Virus record (IMG/VR): IMGVR_UViG_3300012940_000002
Coordinates: 1 to 56,198 of that record
Source of the DNA: a virus
Taxonomy: Duplodnaviria > Caudoviricetes
Reading direction: 5' to 3' (one strand)
Length of the DNA: 56,198 bases
Shown here: piece after piece, positions 1-10,016 of the stretch
How the letters are laid out: each line of letters opens with the position of its first letter
Position numbering within the stretch: position 1 is the first letter of the stretch
Position numbers and translations under genes: made by a program
Notes under the pieces: model-generated
The model's input: only the letters and a program-made list of their open reading frames with translations
What the model was told of the DNA's origin: nothing
The model's database searches: none

Positions 1-123
1 CCCTCCATCACGTTTTCGTCAGCAACGACTTTCGTAAAGTATCTGCAGATCGATAACAAGATTCTTGCCCTATCGAACGATCCCGACGAGCCTGCGATTC
101 TCTTCAATGTAGGTGCCACCAAG
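1..123. repeat. 123-bp terminal overlap, identical to 56076-56198 (circular assembly junction)
   Basis: Exact identity of the first and last 123 nt; it falls inside a continuous reading frame. Confidence 0.97.
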
Positions 124-2001
124 AGTGCCAGGAAGATTGGTGTCAACGGGCTGGTCATTACGCCGTCCCTCCATGCGCCGATTGTTGTACACCCGGACGC
201 GGCATGGATCAACACGGCGACTAAGAACACTCGACCCACCGCAGAGACACCTACTAGTGAGACACTCATCAAGAGCACTGCCGGTGACAATACTTACTCG
301 TTTGGGTACTTTATTACGTACGAGACCGAGTTCGGAGAGTCTGTCGCGAGCGAGGTTACCGTCGTCAAGACTCAGCGTGGGTGGAGTCAGTGGAAGTTCA
401 AGGCTCCTGACGCCTCTGGTAACGAGTCGTCAACGAACGTGACGGACCCCGAGCGCGCGATGGATCAGCTCGTGGCAATGATCCCCGGTACTCTCTACGA
501 TACCTTGAAGGCTGGCGGGGCGATTCGTTGGAACCTGTACCAGTTCACCTGGAATGACACGAGTCCGGTACCCTCGATTGCCACTCTTGTCGGTAGCCGA
601 GACATCACTGCAGGTGGCACCAACGATACTGAGTCGTGGATCATCAACAGCGCGGCTGCAATCTCGGACTCGTACGTTGTTCCTGTGCCCAGTGATGACA
701 ACCGAGTTAACTACAGCGGAGGCCCGACGGCCCGACAGGGCATCGCTGCTGGAGACCGCCTGATCCTCGTAAACGACGGTGTCAATCAGGCTCTGATTAA
801 ATGGTCTTCTAACGTTCCTGGAGGGTACACGAACTTCTCCCCGAGTAAGGGTGGGGGCGAGAAGACGCTGAGCATGGGTAACTTGCTTGTGCCTGTCAGC
901 GTTCACCTGTGGCAGAACCCACAGTCAATGGACACCCTTGTCATTCTGTGTAAGGGACTCAATGGTCAGCACGCCGCTTACTACATGGCTCCTGCGTCAG
1001 TCGCTGGTCAGACCGACGAAACTCTCATCATGGGTTTCGAAGAAACGACAGCGACACCTGGTTCGATCGCACCGTACGGCTCGGAAGTCCTGAACAACGC
1101 TCTGTATCACCCGCTCGAAGCGGAGTTGATGAAGAGCACCGCTCAGAATTACAACATCAGCCACAAGACGATGACGACCGATATCGCCAATAAGTGGCAG
1201 CGTTTGCTCAATAAAGAGAATATCATCTCTGCTCAGTTCGATAACCGCCTCTACTACATCGTGCACAACCCTGACGGTGAGCCTCTCGAAGAGGACTGCA
1301 TGGGCAACGAAGTCTGGGTGCTGGACGTAGCGGGTGACGACCCTGTGTGGTCACGCTGGCTCGTACAGGGCATAGCTCTCCGGAAGCTCCAGATCGGCTC
1401 CAAGCTCTACATGGCAATTGTTCGGCCTGACGCGATCTTCATCTTCGATGAGCTGACCTACGTGGATGAGTACGCACAGGGAGCCTCGACTCTATCGCGC
1501 AGCATTCCGTGGAAGTTGGAGACCAACACTCTTGGTGCCAACCGACAGCACGACATGCCTGCTCTGTTGTATCAGGCTAACGTTCACGTTGGAGACTTCA
1601 TCGGGAGTTTCGAGTGGGGTGTCCGAGGCTACGATGTCCACGGCTACAAGGTGGACATTAAGAAGCGTACTCACCAGCCTCAGGACGGTAGCGACGTCAA
1701 CTCGGATCTAGGCGACACGATGGACTATCTCCTGGTTCAGCGCGACATGGAGGAGTGGACGTTCTTTGCACACTCCATCGAAGATGTCATTCCTGGTGAA
1801 GACGCCCCGAGTGTCTGGCCGATGTACGGGCAGATTGACTTCGTTCAGTTCATGCTCATGCAGGAATCGGTGAACGTCGGCACCGAGCGTGGCTCGGTAG
1901 AGACCTTCGAGTACGTCCGCAACGCGTATCGCGGAACAGAGAGTGGGACCAGTATCACACGGAACGGCATTGCACTTCCGTTCAAGACGGGGAGACCGTA
2001 A
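1..2001 (+). CDS. 3' part of tail nozzle / tail tubular protein B-like gene (starts at 55701, about 791 aa in total)
   Basis: Frame 1 is open from base 1 and continues the ORF begun at ATG 55701; beta-rich; follows an adaptor-like gene as in podoviruses. Confidence 0.7.
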   Translation, partial: PSITFSSATTFVKYLQIDNKILALSNDPDEPAILFNVGATKSARKIGVNGLVITPSLHAPIVVHPDAAWINTATKNTRPTAETPTSETLIKSTAGDNTYSFGYFITYETEFGESVASEVTVVKTQRGWSQWKFKAPDASGNESSTNVTDPERAMDQLVAMIPGTLYDTLKAGGAIRWNLYQFTWNDTSPVPSIATLVGSRDITAGGTNDTESWIINSAAAISDSYVVPVPSDDNRVNYSGGPTARQGIAAGDRLILVNDGVNQALIKWSSNVPGGYTNFSPSKGGGEKTLSMGNLLVPVSVHLWQNPQSMDTLVILCKGLNGQHAAYYMAPASVAGQTDETLIMGFEETTATPGSIAPYGSEVLNNALYHPLEAELMKSTAQNYNISHKTMTTDIANKWQRLLNKENIISAQFDNRLYYIVHNPDGEPLEEDCMGNEVWVLDVAGDDPVWSRWLVQGIALRKLQIGSKLYMAIVRPDAIFIFDELTYVDEYAQGASTLSRSIPWKLETNTLGANRQHDMPALLYQANVHVGDFIGSFEWGVRGYDVHGYKVDIKKRTHQPQDGSDVNSDLGDTMDYLLVQRDMEEWTFFAHSIEDVIPGEDAPSVWPMYGQIDFVQFMLMQESVNVGTERGSVETFEYVRNAYRGTESGTSITRNGIALPFKTGRP

Positions 2002-3062
2002 TGGCTACAGCATTCAAGCAGTTCATCGTGGATTCCAGCGCGATTCGGTACATCGCCTACACGCTCCGAGAACTCGCGATCTTCCGAGAGACCGGGGAGG
2101 TCGAGGTCGGGACAGGTGGAGAAATCTCCACTCAGAACCTCGCCTGGAACGAGATTGCATACCGTATTCGTGAGTACGTCGACCTCGTAGAGAGTGGTGA
2201 GATTAGCGAGGGCGGTGGCGGCGGCGGTGGTATGACCAATGAGCAGGTTCGAGACATCATCGGGGCCGCGCTCTCTGGTGAGGGTCTCATTGCTGTCCAA
2301 GCAAACGACGAGGCCGACACCATCGTCATCACCACCACAGCGACTGCGAACAGCAGCGATGCGACGCTCCTCAACCGTGACAACCACACGGGGACACAGA
2401 CGGCAGACACGATCAGTGACCTGACGGCAGCAATCCGGACAGCCGTCGCCGCGTTCCTGGTCGAGGGTACCAACATCACCCTCGATCATGATACAGAGGG
2501 TGGCACGCTCTCCATCAGTGCTGCTGGCGGGGAAGGCGGTGAGAGTCTCACCGAAGAGAACGTCCGAGACATCATTGGCTTGGCGCTCTCTGGAACTGGT
2601 CTGATCACGGTCACTCCCAACGATGGTTCCGATACCATCGTCATCAGCACGACCGCAACGGCGAACAGTAGTGATGCGACGCTCCTCGATCGTGCGAACC
2701 ACACTGGAACTCAGGCGATCAGCACGGTCTCGGGCCTCCAGGATGCGCTCGACAACAAGGCACCCAAGGACTCTCCCGCGCTCACTGGCAACCCGACTGC
2801 TCCGACTCAGACCAGTTCAGACAACAGCACGAAGCTCGCCACGACTGCGTTCGTCAAGGCTCAGGGTTACGCCGCTCTCGCGTCTCCTGCGTTCACAGGG
2901 AACCCGACGGCTCCGACGCCGACTGCCTCTGACAACGACACGTCGATTGCGACGACCGCCTTCGTCAAGAACCAAAACTATGCTCCGATCATCGTCGATG
3001 TTGAGGAAGAAGACGAGGACAACTACGCTGACGGCACGATCTTTGTCTGGACGACTGCATAA
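2001..3062 (+). CDS. Tail fibre / minor tail protein with internal repeats
   Basis: 353 aa; two copies of TTATANSSDATLLxRxNHTGTQ and two of SPAxTGNPTAPT...DNxTxxATTAFVK, a typical fibre repeat; TAATG coupling. Confidence 0.75.
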   Translation: MATAFKQFIVDSSAIRYIAYTLRELAIFRETGEVEVGTGGEISTQNLAWNEIAYRIREYVDLVESGEISEGGGGGGGMTNEQVRDIIGAALSGEGLIAVQANDEADTIVITTTATANSSDATLLNRDNHTGTQTADTISDLTAAIRTAVAAFLVEGTNITLDHDTEGGTLSISAAGGEGGESLTEENVRDIIGLALSGTGLITVTPNDGSDTIVISTTATANSSDATLLDRANHTGTQAISTVSGLQDALDNKAPKDSPALTGNPTAPTQTSSDNSTKLATTAFVKAQGYAALASPAFTGNPTAPTPTASDNDTSIATTAFVKNQNYAPIIVDVEEEDEDNYADGTIFVWTTA

Positions 3063-5083
3063 TGGCAATCTCCCGCGTAGACGAAGGCGTTGTCGAGATT
3101 GTCGATGCATCAGAGGACGATGATCAGATACTAAGTACAGCCGGACTAGGCCTCCAGCCTGGTGACGTGGTTGTACTCGCCCCGAACCAAGGTGTGAACG
3201 GGTCAACGATCATTAACGACCCTGCCAACTCGCACCAAGTAGCCTCGGACTCCTCGCCTGGTTCTGGCTCAATCTCGTCGGCAGGGTACCTCGTTCAGAT
3301 CCAGGATCCTGTCCAGTCATCCATCGCAGTGAAGTGGAGTGAGCCGGACGACGGCTCGCTCGTCTGGGCTGCATACCGAGGCGTGGGCTGGGATGCAACG
3401 ATCGCGTTCAATACCCTGGACTCGTTCACGAACGGGTGGGCTGCTACAGCGACGCCCACGTCGTCCGACCTCCCGAGCAGGGTGATCCCGTCTGACGGCT
3501 GTCTCCTGCTCGGTGTCTGTGACATGGCGTCCGGCTCTGAAGCCGTGACCGCTGTTGGTGGAACAATCATTGCCAACGGGTCTGAACGCAACGGCATCCT
3601 GGCTGAGTTCGGTACTGTAGACATCGGTGACTCCACGGTCAAGACGTTTAATGGCTGGCCCACGAGCGCTTACCGTGTTCGCTCCTACGGCATCCTGCTC
3701 ATCCCCGAAGATGCTGACACGACTCCTCAGGTGGCGTGGAGTATCGTGGGAGCGGCGAACGAGAACGGCTTCACCGTGAGCACGAAGACCTCGTTCGCGG
3801 AGTCGGTTCGCCTCAAGGTCGGCACCAACTCTGCAGTCACCGAGAACGTTGTCTTTACGGACCCGGTGGTGCCGGATGGTTCTGGGTACTCGCACCACGT
3901 CTTCGATTCTGGTGACCCGAATACTCGGTACTACTACATGGTCGAGATGACTGACGCAAGTGAGAATGTCACTCTCACGACCCTGCAAGGTTCACCGAAG
4001 ACCAGGAACACGCCGGGCGTCCCGGCGAACCAGATGTTCTTCTTCGGTTCCTGCTTCGCTGAGTTCGACATCGGTGGCGAGTGGTACGACACAGCGTTCC
4101 AGCGGATCGCCGCTCTCAATCCAGACTTCGGATTCCACCTGGGTGACTGGGACTACGAGGACAACGTGTCCACGAGCCAGGGCAGTCAACTTGCCTCGCT
4201 CGAAGTGTCTATGGAGGTCTCCGATCACCTGCGAACAGTCACAGCGAACATTCCGATCACGTACTCGAAATCGGATCACGACTCTGGTGCGAACAATGCA
4301 TACCCTGGACCGTACACCTCTGCAAACAGAGCTGCTGCTCTACAGATGTTTCCGTACCCGACGAGGCCAGACGTTAATGGCCTGTACCACTCGATCGTAG
4401 ACGGACGGATCCGGTACATTGTTCTCGACACTCGTTACTTCGCAGAGACAGACGGCTCTACTCGCCTAGGTTTCGATCAACGTGACTGGCTGTTCAATGA
4501 GCTGGATCAGAAAGAGCCGCTCAAGTTCATCTTCATGGACTCGACCTGGACGGACGATCGAACGCCCGCTGTTGGAGCGGACACGTGGCCTGTCTTCGAG
4601 ACCGAGCGAGTCGCGATCGGCAACTATATCGAGAACAATGCGATCGGTCGCATTGTCATTGCCCACGGCGACCAGCACTGTCTCGCGGCAGACGACGGCA
4701 CAAACAACCCTTACGGTGGCGTGCCCATTATCTGTGCCGCGCCGTTCTTCCAGGAATCCTCGTTCAAGACTGCCAACCCATCCTCTGACTGGAGCGAAGG
4801 CCGTTACCCGACTGTCGTTCAGGCTGCTGGACAGTTCGGTCAGGTCATCATCACTGACGACGGTGAGGAGATTTCCTGGACGTTCAATGGTATTGACAGT
4901 GGGAACACGACTCGGGTCACCTACACCGAAACGTTCAACGCACCCATCGGACCCACACTCAAGATCCGTAAGGATAACCTGACCGTCAGCATCCTGCGCG
5001 TCGCGGTTCGTCAAGGTGGTGTCACGGTTCCGATTCAGCGGATGGCTATTCGTCAGGGCGGAGTCACGGTTCCGTTGCAGTAG
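3062..5083 (+). CDS. Tail-associated protein with C-terminal PhoD/purple-acid-phosphatase-like metallophosphoesterase domain
   Basis: Motifs FGSCF, HLGDWDY, SDHD, VLDTRY, LGFDQRDWL and HGDQH match the PhoD pattern; beta-rich N-terminal domains. Confidence 0.8.
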   Translation: MAISRVDEGVVEIVDASEDDDQILSTAGLGLQPGDVVVLAPNQGVNGSTIINDPANSHQVASDSSPGSGSISSAGYLVQIQDPVQSSIAVKWSEPDDGSLVWAAYRGVGWDATIAFNTLDSFTNGWAATATPTSSDLPSRVIPSDGCLLLGVCDMASGSEAVTAVGGTIIANGSERNGILAEFGTVDIGDSTVKTFNGWPTSAYRVRSYGILLIPEDADTTPQVAWSIVGAANENGFTVSTKTSFAESVRLKVGTNSAVTENVVFTDPVVPDGSGYSHHVFDSGDPNTRYYYMVEMTDASENVTLTTLQGSPKTRNTPGVPANQMFFFGSCFAEFDIGGEWYDTAFQRIAALNPDFGFHLGDWDYEDNVSTSQGSQLASLEVSMEVSDHLRTVTANIPITYSKSDHDSGANNAYPGPYTSANRAAALQMFPYPTRPDVNGLYHSIVDGRIRYIVLDTRYFAETDGSTRLGFDQRDWLFNELDQKEPLKFIFMDSTWTDDRTPAVGADTWPVFETERVAIGNYIENNAIGRIVIAHGDQHCLAADDGTNNPYGGVPIICAAPFFQESSFKTANPSSDWSEGRYPTVVQAAGQFGQVIITDDGEEISWTFNGIDSGNTTRVTYTETFNAPIGPTLKIRKDNLTVSILRVAVRQGGVTVPIQRMAIRQGGVTVPLQ

Positions 5084-5096
5084 CGCTGGCCTCCGG

Positions 5097-5104
5097 GGTA
5101 TAAT
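5097..5104 (+). promoter_or_regulatory. SigA-type -10 box GG-TATAAT
   Basis: Perfect TATAAT in the intergenic gap upstream of the GGAGG RBS of the 5150 gene. Confidence 0.6.
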
Positions 5105-5149
5105 GGCCTGGATCGGGCCAAATGGCCCCTACCGGTCCAGGGAGGAATC

Positions 5150-6307
5150 GTGGCAGCACCGCTGCAAGAGAAGACCCGTCTGTATCGTGAATTGCAGACG
5201 GCAATCGGCATGGGGGCGAATATCCCCGAGTTCGCTGAGAGCGAGAAGACGTACGTCCAGTGGAAGGAGCAGGAGCTCCGAGACATCCACAACAAGTATC
5301 TCAACCCGAAAAAGATCACGATGCCGGAACCGGAATCGGAAGAGGTCATTTCGGACGAGACTTGGAATATTGACCCTGAAGTCGCGAAGTACGTGCAGGA
5401 ATCCGCTGCTCCCGAGCCGGAACAGGAGCCGGAACCCGCTCAGTCCGAGCCGACGTCCACTGCTCCTCACTCGCGCGTTGTCAACCCTGCTCTCAGCCAG
5501 GAAGCATATCAGGCTGCTCAGGAAGAGCGTCGTCGCAACGGTGAGTACGAGCAGACCTACACGGACTGGGTCAGCGAAGTCGTCAGTTCGGACCCCGTCC
5601 GGCTGCAGATGGCTGCGAACAGCCGTACCTCCGCCGCTCCCGGCCCCGTTCCGCCCCCGCTACCCCAGGGTATCACCCGGCCCGGTGACCCCCAGAGTGG
5701 GGCAGAGGGAGGAAAGCCCCGCTACAAGGTGCCGCGCGAGGCATGGGTGCAGTACGTACGCAACCCGCAGAAGCTCGCCGAACTGCTCGGTGTGCCATTC
5801 AGTGATCGCGGTGCAGACCGAGCCGGGATGACGTTCAACACCCACGGTCCCGACGACCCGCTCCGCGTGGACTCACGTTGTCGAATCTGGTTCCGAGACG
5901 AGGTCATGAAGCCTGCCATTCCGAAGAGACGGATGATTCGCAAGGTAAAGGCTATGTCGGCGAACGTCGAAACCATCAAGACTTACCGCCCTGACGGTGG
6001 GCTAGATGAGACGTTCGAAATCGCGGGTGATGATCAGCGAGAGATTGAAGTCCGAATCTCTATGCCCTCGTCGCAGGTCGGCGTCTACGTCGATCCGCGT
6101 ATGCCCTTCAAGATCCACACATATGGTGGACGCCGGGCCTTCGACTACGAAGAGGTCATGGACTATTGGGGCGGTCGTGAACTCGTCCCCTCGACGGTGA
6201 AGACCATCTACATCGACATCGATCTGTGCTACACGATCGACAGCGTTCGAGACACCATCGAGCGTGAGTACCGGGAACGCGTGCTGGGAAGGAGCATGGG
6301 ACTGTGA
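5150..6307 (+). CDS. Hypothetical protein (385 aa)
   Basis: Long ORF, strong RBS, phage-like codon use. Confidence 0.85.
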   Translation: MAAPLQEKTRLYRELQTAIGMGANIPEFAESEKTYVQWKEQELRDIHNKYLNPKKITMPEPESEEVISDETWNIDPEVAKYVQESAAPEPEQEPEPAQSEPTSTAPHSRVVNPALSQEAYQAAQEERRRNGEYEQTYTDWVSEVVSSDPVRLQMAANSRTSAAPGPVPPPLPQGITRPGDPQSGAEGGKPRYKVPREAWVQYVRNPQKLAELLGVPFSDRGADRAGMTFNTHGPDDPLRVDSRCRIWFRDEVMKPAIPKRRMIRKVKAMSANVETIKTYRPDGGLDETFEIAGDDQREIEVRISMPSSQVGVYVDPRMPFKIHTYGGRRAFDYEEVMDYWGGRELVPSTVKTIYIDIDLCYTIDSVRDTIEREYRERVLGRSMGL

Positions 6308-6987
6308 CCGAAGCCACTGAAGAGGCCGTTGAGTACGACCCCAACGAGATCAAGGACCCGACCATCGAAGTCGAGGACCTCAAGCCGTTCGACCCGTCGC
6401 TGACGGTTCCTCCGGAGTTCGAGACCGAAGAGTTCATGCAGAACGCGATCCGCAACTCGGAGCGTCGGCAGTACGATCACACGTTCTTCGAGATCTTCGA
6501 AGACCAGATCATGGGTTACCTGGAACCGACTGAGCAGCCGCTCACGATCGGTGTTGCCCACAGTATCATGACCAGTTGGCCCTGGTTCCGGTACTCGGAC
6601 ATCGAAATGTACCTCGTGTACCGCAAGCGGATGCTCAAGGAAGTTCTCGCGGAACTGGAAGCGAGCTACCCCAAGCCGCGCGAAGAGCTTTTCAAGGAGA
6701 ACGTCGACGACTGGCAGCATCACCGTGAGGCGTACCTCGAACTCATGGCTCGGTGGGCCGCGCTCAACAACAAGTGGAGCGACGAGTGGGCGAAACTCAA
6801 GCTCACTGACCGCAAGAAGGCGATCCTCCACGCTGTCGTCGCCGACCTCGCTTACCTGACGGTGAGCGATGATGGCATGATCGGGAAGTTCCAGTACCTC
6901 GTGGACTTCGACAACCCGAAGTACATCATCACCGCTGAAGAGGCCATTGCGATGGACGAGCGGATCAAGGAGCTGAGTGATGTCTGA
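6304..6987 (+). CDS. Hypothetical helical protein (227 aa)
   Basis: GTGA overlap with upstream gene; RBS AAGGAG. Confidence 0.85.
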   Translation: MTEATEEAVEYDPNEIKDPTIEVEDLKPFDPSLTVPPEFETEEFMQNAIRNSERRQYDHTFFEIFEDQIMGYLEPTEQPLTIGVAHSIMTSWPWFRYSDIEMYLVYRKRMLKEVLAELEASYPKPREELFKENVDDWQHHREAYLELMARWAALNNKWSDEWAKLKLTDRKKAILHAVVADLAYLTVSDDGMIGKFQYLVDFDNPKYIITAEEAIAMDERIKELSDV

Positions 6988-8119
6988 TGTCGCAGGACAG
7001 CAGCAAGAAGCGCCGAACGAAGGCGAGGCACGCGCTCCGCACCCCGACTCTCTTCCTTACGTGGACCCAGTCTTTGCGCAGGTATGGGCTGAAGTCTACG
7101 GCGAAGAAGACGACGAGAGCTCAGAGGAAGGTGAAGGCGCGGCAAGCGGTGTTGCAGATGGAGATGCGGCACCTGCTCCTACTGGAGAAGGAGCTGGAGC
7201 AGGAGCAGCGCCGGATCCAGCACAGGCTGGAGGAGCTCAGCCCGACGCCGGAACTGGAGAGGTACGAGAGCCTCGTGATGCTGGGAACGGCAATGGAGAC
7301 GGGACTCCGGGAGGGACTGGAGATGGGGTCGATGGTCAATCCCAGGGCGTCGCTGGAACCCCTGCCAGCATGGTTCCCGGCTCCGGATTCGACGCGACCC
7401 CCGTCGTCGCTGAACTCTCCGTAGCAACTGAGAAGATCAGTGAGCGGATCGAGCAGTCGTTCCGTACCGCCGCCATGGACAGCCTTCGTGAGAAGGCTGA
7501 TCCTCGCTACTTCGACCTGGTAGACATTCACCCTCGTCGGCTCGTAGGGATGAAGGTTCCCGCACTCTCGCCGAACGGTGAGGACATCCTCATTCGAGAC
7601 ACCGAGGATGCGAAGTCGTGGCAGGAGGCGACGAAGGAGCTGATCAACGAGGAGATTGACTCCCAGGTCAAGACCCGTCAGCAGGATGTGAACCCGTTGA
7701 TGGGGGTGATTCAGGACAGCGTGATGCTGTTCCAGAACAACCCTGACCTGATCCCCAACACCAAGCAGTACGATCGTGATCTTGCGGCTAAGGTGATGGA
7801 AGTCGCGGAATCCTACGCTTACAAGATCAACGGCAAGCTCATCGGCTTCCAGACCAATCTGCAGCCGATCATCAACTCGTTCCGTGCCCAGATCGCGGCA
7901 CAGCGAGGGGCACAGAACCAGCAGCAGGTTCAGGCCCGACAGGAGCAGCAGCGACAGCAGGCTCAGGCGCAAGCCCGAACCACGACTGGTCAGTTCGCCG
8001 CAGACCCCGGACCGCAGGCGGGCATCGAGTCGAAGGCGGGCATGACGGGTGGCGAGGATGAAGAAGATTTCTCGTCATTCTTCCGTGCGATGGGCCTTCC
8101 GCCGAACCTGATCCTCTGA
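6980..8119 (+). CDS. Possible scaffolding-like protein
   Basis: Acidic Gly/Ala-rich disordered N-terminus, helical core, Gln-rich tail; the function is inferred only. Confidence 0.45.
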   Translation: MSDVAGQQQEAPNEGEARAPHPDSLPYVDPVFAQVWAEVYGEEDDESSEEGEGAASGVADGDAAPAPTGEGAGAGAAPDPAQAGGAQPDAGTGEVREPRDAGNGNGDGTPGGTGDGVDGQSQGVAGTPASMVPGSGFDATPVVAELSVATEKISERIEQSFRTAAMDSLREKADPRYFDLVDIHPRRLVGMKVPALSPNGEDILIRDTEDAKSWQEATKELINEEIDSQVKTRQQDVNPLMGVIQDSVMLFQNNPDLIPNTKQYDRDLAAKVMEVAESYAYKINGKLIGFQTNLQPIINSFRAQIAAQRGAQNQQQVQARQEQQRQQAQAQARTTTGQFAADPGPQAGIESKAGMTGGEDEEDFSSFFRAMGLPPNLIL

Positions 8120-8135
8120 CACAAAGGAGAGAAAA

Positions 8136-8426
8136 ATGACAGAGACAAAGAAGAAGAAGACTGACCCAGAACCGGAGAAGTCGCCTCAGGAAGAGTTCGA
8201 GGCGGTCGTTGGCATCGAGGTCTCGGATGACGGCGAAGTGTTGACCTACCAGGGTCAGCGCTGGGTCAAGGAGAATCCGAACCAGGGTCCGATCGAGGAC
8301 CACTTCGACGCAATCTACCAGGCCGTCGAGACTGGGAAGGCTCCCGGCGTCAGCCGTGACCTGGCCCTGCGTCAGATCGGCGGCCTCAAGGACGTGGTGA
8401 AGAGCCTCAAGGACGGAGTGTCCTGA
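8136..8426 (+). CDS. Hypothetical protein (96 aa)
   Basis: RBS AAGGAG, clean ORF. Confidence 0.8.
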   Translation: MTETKKKKTDPEPEKSPQEEFEAVVGIEVSDDGEVLTYQGQRWVKENPNQGPIEDHFDAIYQAVETGKAPGVSRDLALRQIGGLKDVVKSLKDGVS

Positions 8427-8527
8427 TGTCTAAGAAGTACAGCGGGCGGCAGATCTTCATGTATGGGTTCCTGCCGCTCGCTGTACTCTTCTTCCTTCTC
8501 TTCTTTGGAGTGTTTCTCTTTGGCTGA
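8426..8527 (+). CDS. 33-aa single-pass membrane peptide (not in ORF track)
   Basis: MSKKYSGRQIFMYGFLPLAVLFFLLFFGVFLFG; TGATG coupling upstream; overlaps the terminase start. Confidence 0.65.
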   Translation: MSKKYSGRQIFMYGFLPLAVLFFLLFFGVFLFG

Positions 8528-10016
8528 GATCTTTCCGCAATACTACAAGCCTCGCCCGTACCAGGCTGAGTTGCACAAGATGTGGCAAACGAAGCGGTAC
8601 GGGATCGCTGTCATGTCTCGACAGACTGGCAAAGACACTTCGATGTCTATGGAGACCGTCAGCGCTCGCCTCAAGTTTCCGAAGACGACGGGCGTATACG
8701 TTGGTCTCAACGCCCCCTCGATTCGCAACATCCTCTACGACAAGTCTTACTGGGATCCCGAGCGTCAACTTCAGTTGCGGATGCTCCAGGACAACGTACC
8801 CTCCAGTCTCGTGGAGTGGAAAGACACAGTCATGGAGGGTCGATTCAAGAACAAGTCGATTCTCAAGATCGCCGGATACTTCCAGACAGGCAAGGGCGAG
8901 AACGGTGTTGGTACGTCATTCGACGACTACTCGTTTACGGAGCTCTCCCTGTTCCAGAAGGAAGACCCGATCCCCCGACTCCAGCCGATCATCGACTCTG
9001 AGAACGGCCACAAGCGCCTGATGATCGCAGCCACTCCTCGTGGCAAGCGGAAGAACCCGCTCTGGCTCCTGATGGAGTCGGTCAAAGACCGTCCCGACGC
9101 TCAGATCCTCATCCGTGGTATCGATGATCTGAACGCGATTATGCTTCGCCATGGTCTCAAGCCGATCCTGACCCAAGCTCAACTTGAGAAGATCGAAGAG
9201 ACCTATCTCAAGCGCTTCGGTAACGCTCGGATGTTCCAGCAGGAGTACCACGTTTCGTTCGAAGAGATGGACGCTGCTGCTGTCTATGGTGAAGCCCTCG
9301 GAGCTATCAAGCGAGAAGATCGAGACGAAGCCTTCAACTGGTTCAGAGACAGGCCGATCTACTGCGCGTTCGACATTGGCTCAGCAGGAAAGCACTCGGA
9401 TGCCACGGCTTGGATTGCTTTCCAGTGGGATCCTGGAAGCAAGAAGCTCTACCTGATTGACTGCGGTGAGGGGCACGGCAAGGCTCTACCCGAGTATGTT
9501 GATGTGCTTCAGCAGAAGCCATGGTTCAACCAGCTTCAGCAGATCATCCTGCCGTGGGACGGCGACCACCATGTAGCAGCGATCACTACGACTGCAGCAG
9601 ACCTGATGCGCGAGCGTTTCCAAAACGTCTACGTGCTTGCCAAGGGTACGAACATCTGGACGGTGCGCGGTCTCCCGAACACTGACAGTTCTGACATCAT
9701 CACGATGGTTCAAAGTGTCCGGCTCCAGATGTACAACACGTACATCAATGGTCTGCGACCGAATGAGCTCGCCAACACCGATCGCCCCAACTGTGACCGT
9801 GTCCTTGAGTGCATGGAGCAGTACAAGTACTCGTACAGCGAGTCAACTGGTGACTACTCCCCGTACCCTGTTCACGACCAGTACTCGCACATGATGGACG
9901 CTCTCCGATACGTGGTCCAGGCCACAAAGGAAATCAACTTCTTCGGGACTCTCCCGAACAGCAACAACTCTGGTTCCACTCGTGACTACGAAGAAGATTA
10001 CTCGGGGGTGTACTGA
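8520..10016 (+). CDS. terL: Terminase large subunit
   Basis: PRPYQ, Walker A SRQTGKD, Walker B-like SFTE, coupling motif ATPRG, nuclease AFDIG...DATA and HMMDALRY; probable TTG start at 8520 after GGAG. Confidence 0.9.
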   Translation: MAEIFPQYYKPRPYQAELHKMWQTKRYGIAVMSRQTGKDTSMSMETVSARLKFPKTTGVYVGLNAPSIRNILYDKSYWDPERQLQLRMLQDNVPSSLVEWKDTVMEGRFKNKSILKIAGYFQTGKGENGVGTSFDDYSFTELSLFQKEDPIPRLQPIIDSENGHKRLMIAATPRGKRKNPLWLLMESVKDRPDAQILIRGIDDLNAIMLRHGLKPILTQAQLEKIEETYLKRFGNARMFQQEYHVSFEEMDAAAVYGEALGAIKREDRDEAFNWFRDRPIYCAFDIGSAGKHSDATAWIAFQWDPGSKKLYLIDCGEGHGKALPEYVDVLQQKPWFNQLQQIILPWDGDHHVAAITTTAADLMRERFQNVYVLAKGTNIWTVRGLPNTDSSDIITMVQSVRLQMYNTYINGLRPNELANTDRPNCDRVLECMEQYKYSYSESTGDYSPYPVHDQYSHMMDALRYVVQATKEINFFGTLPNSNNSGSTRDYEEDYSGVY

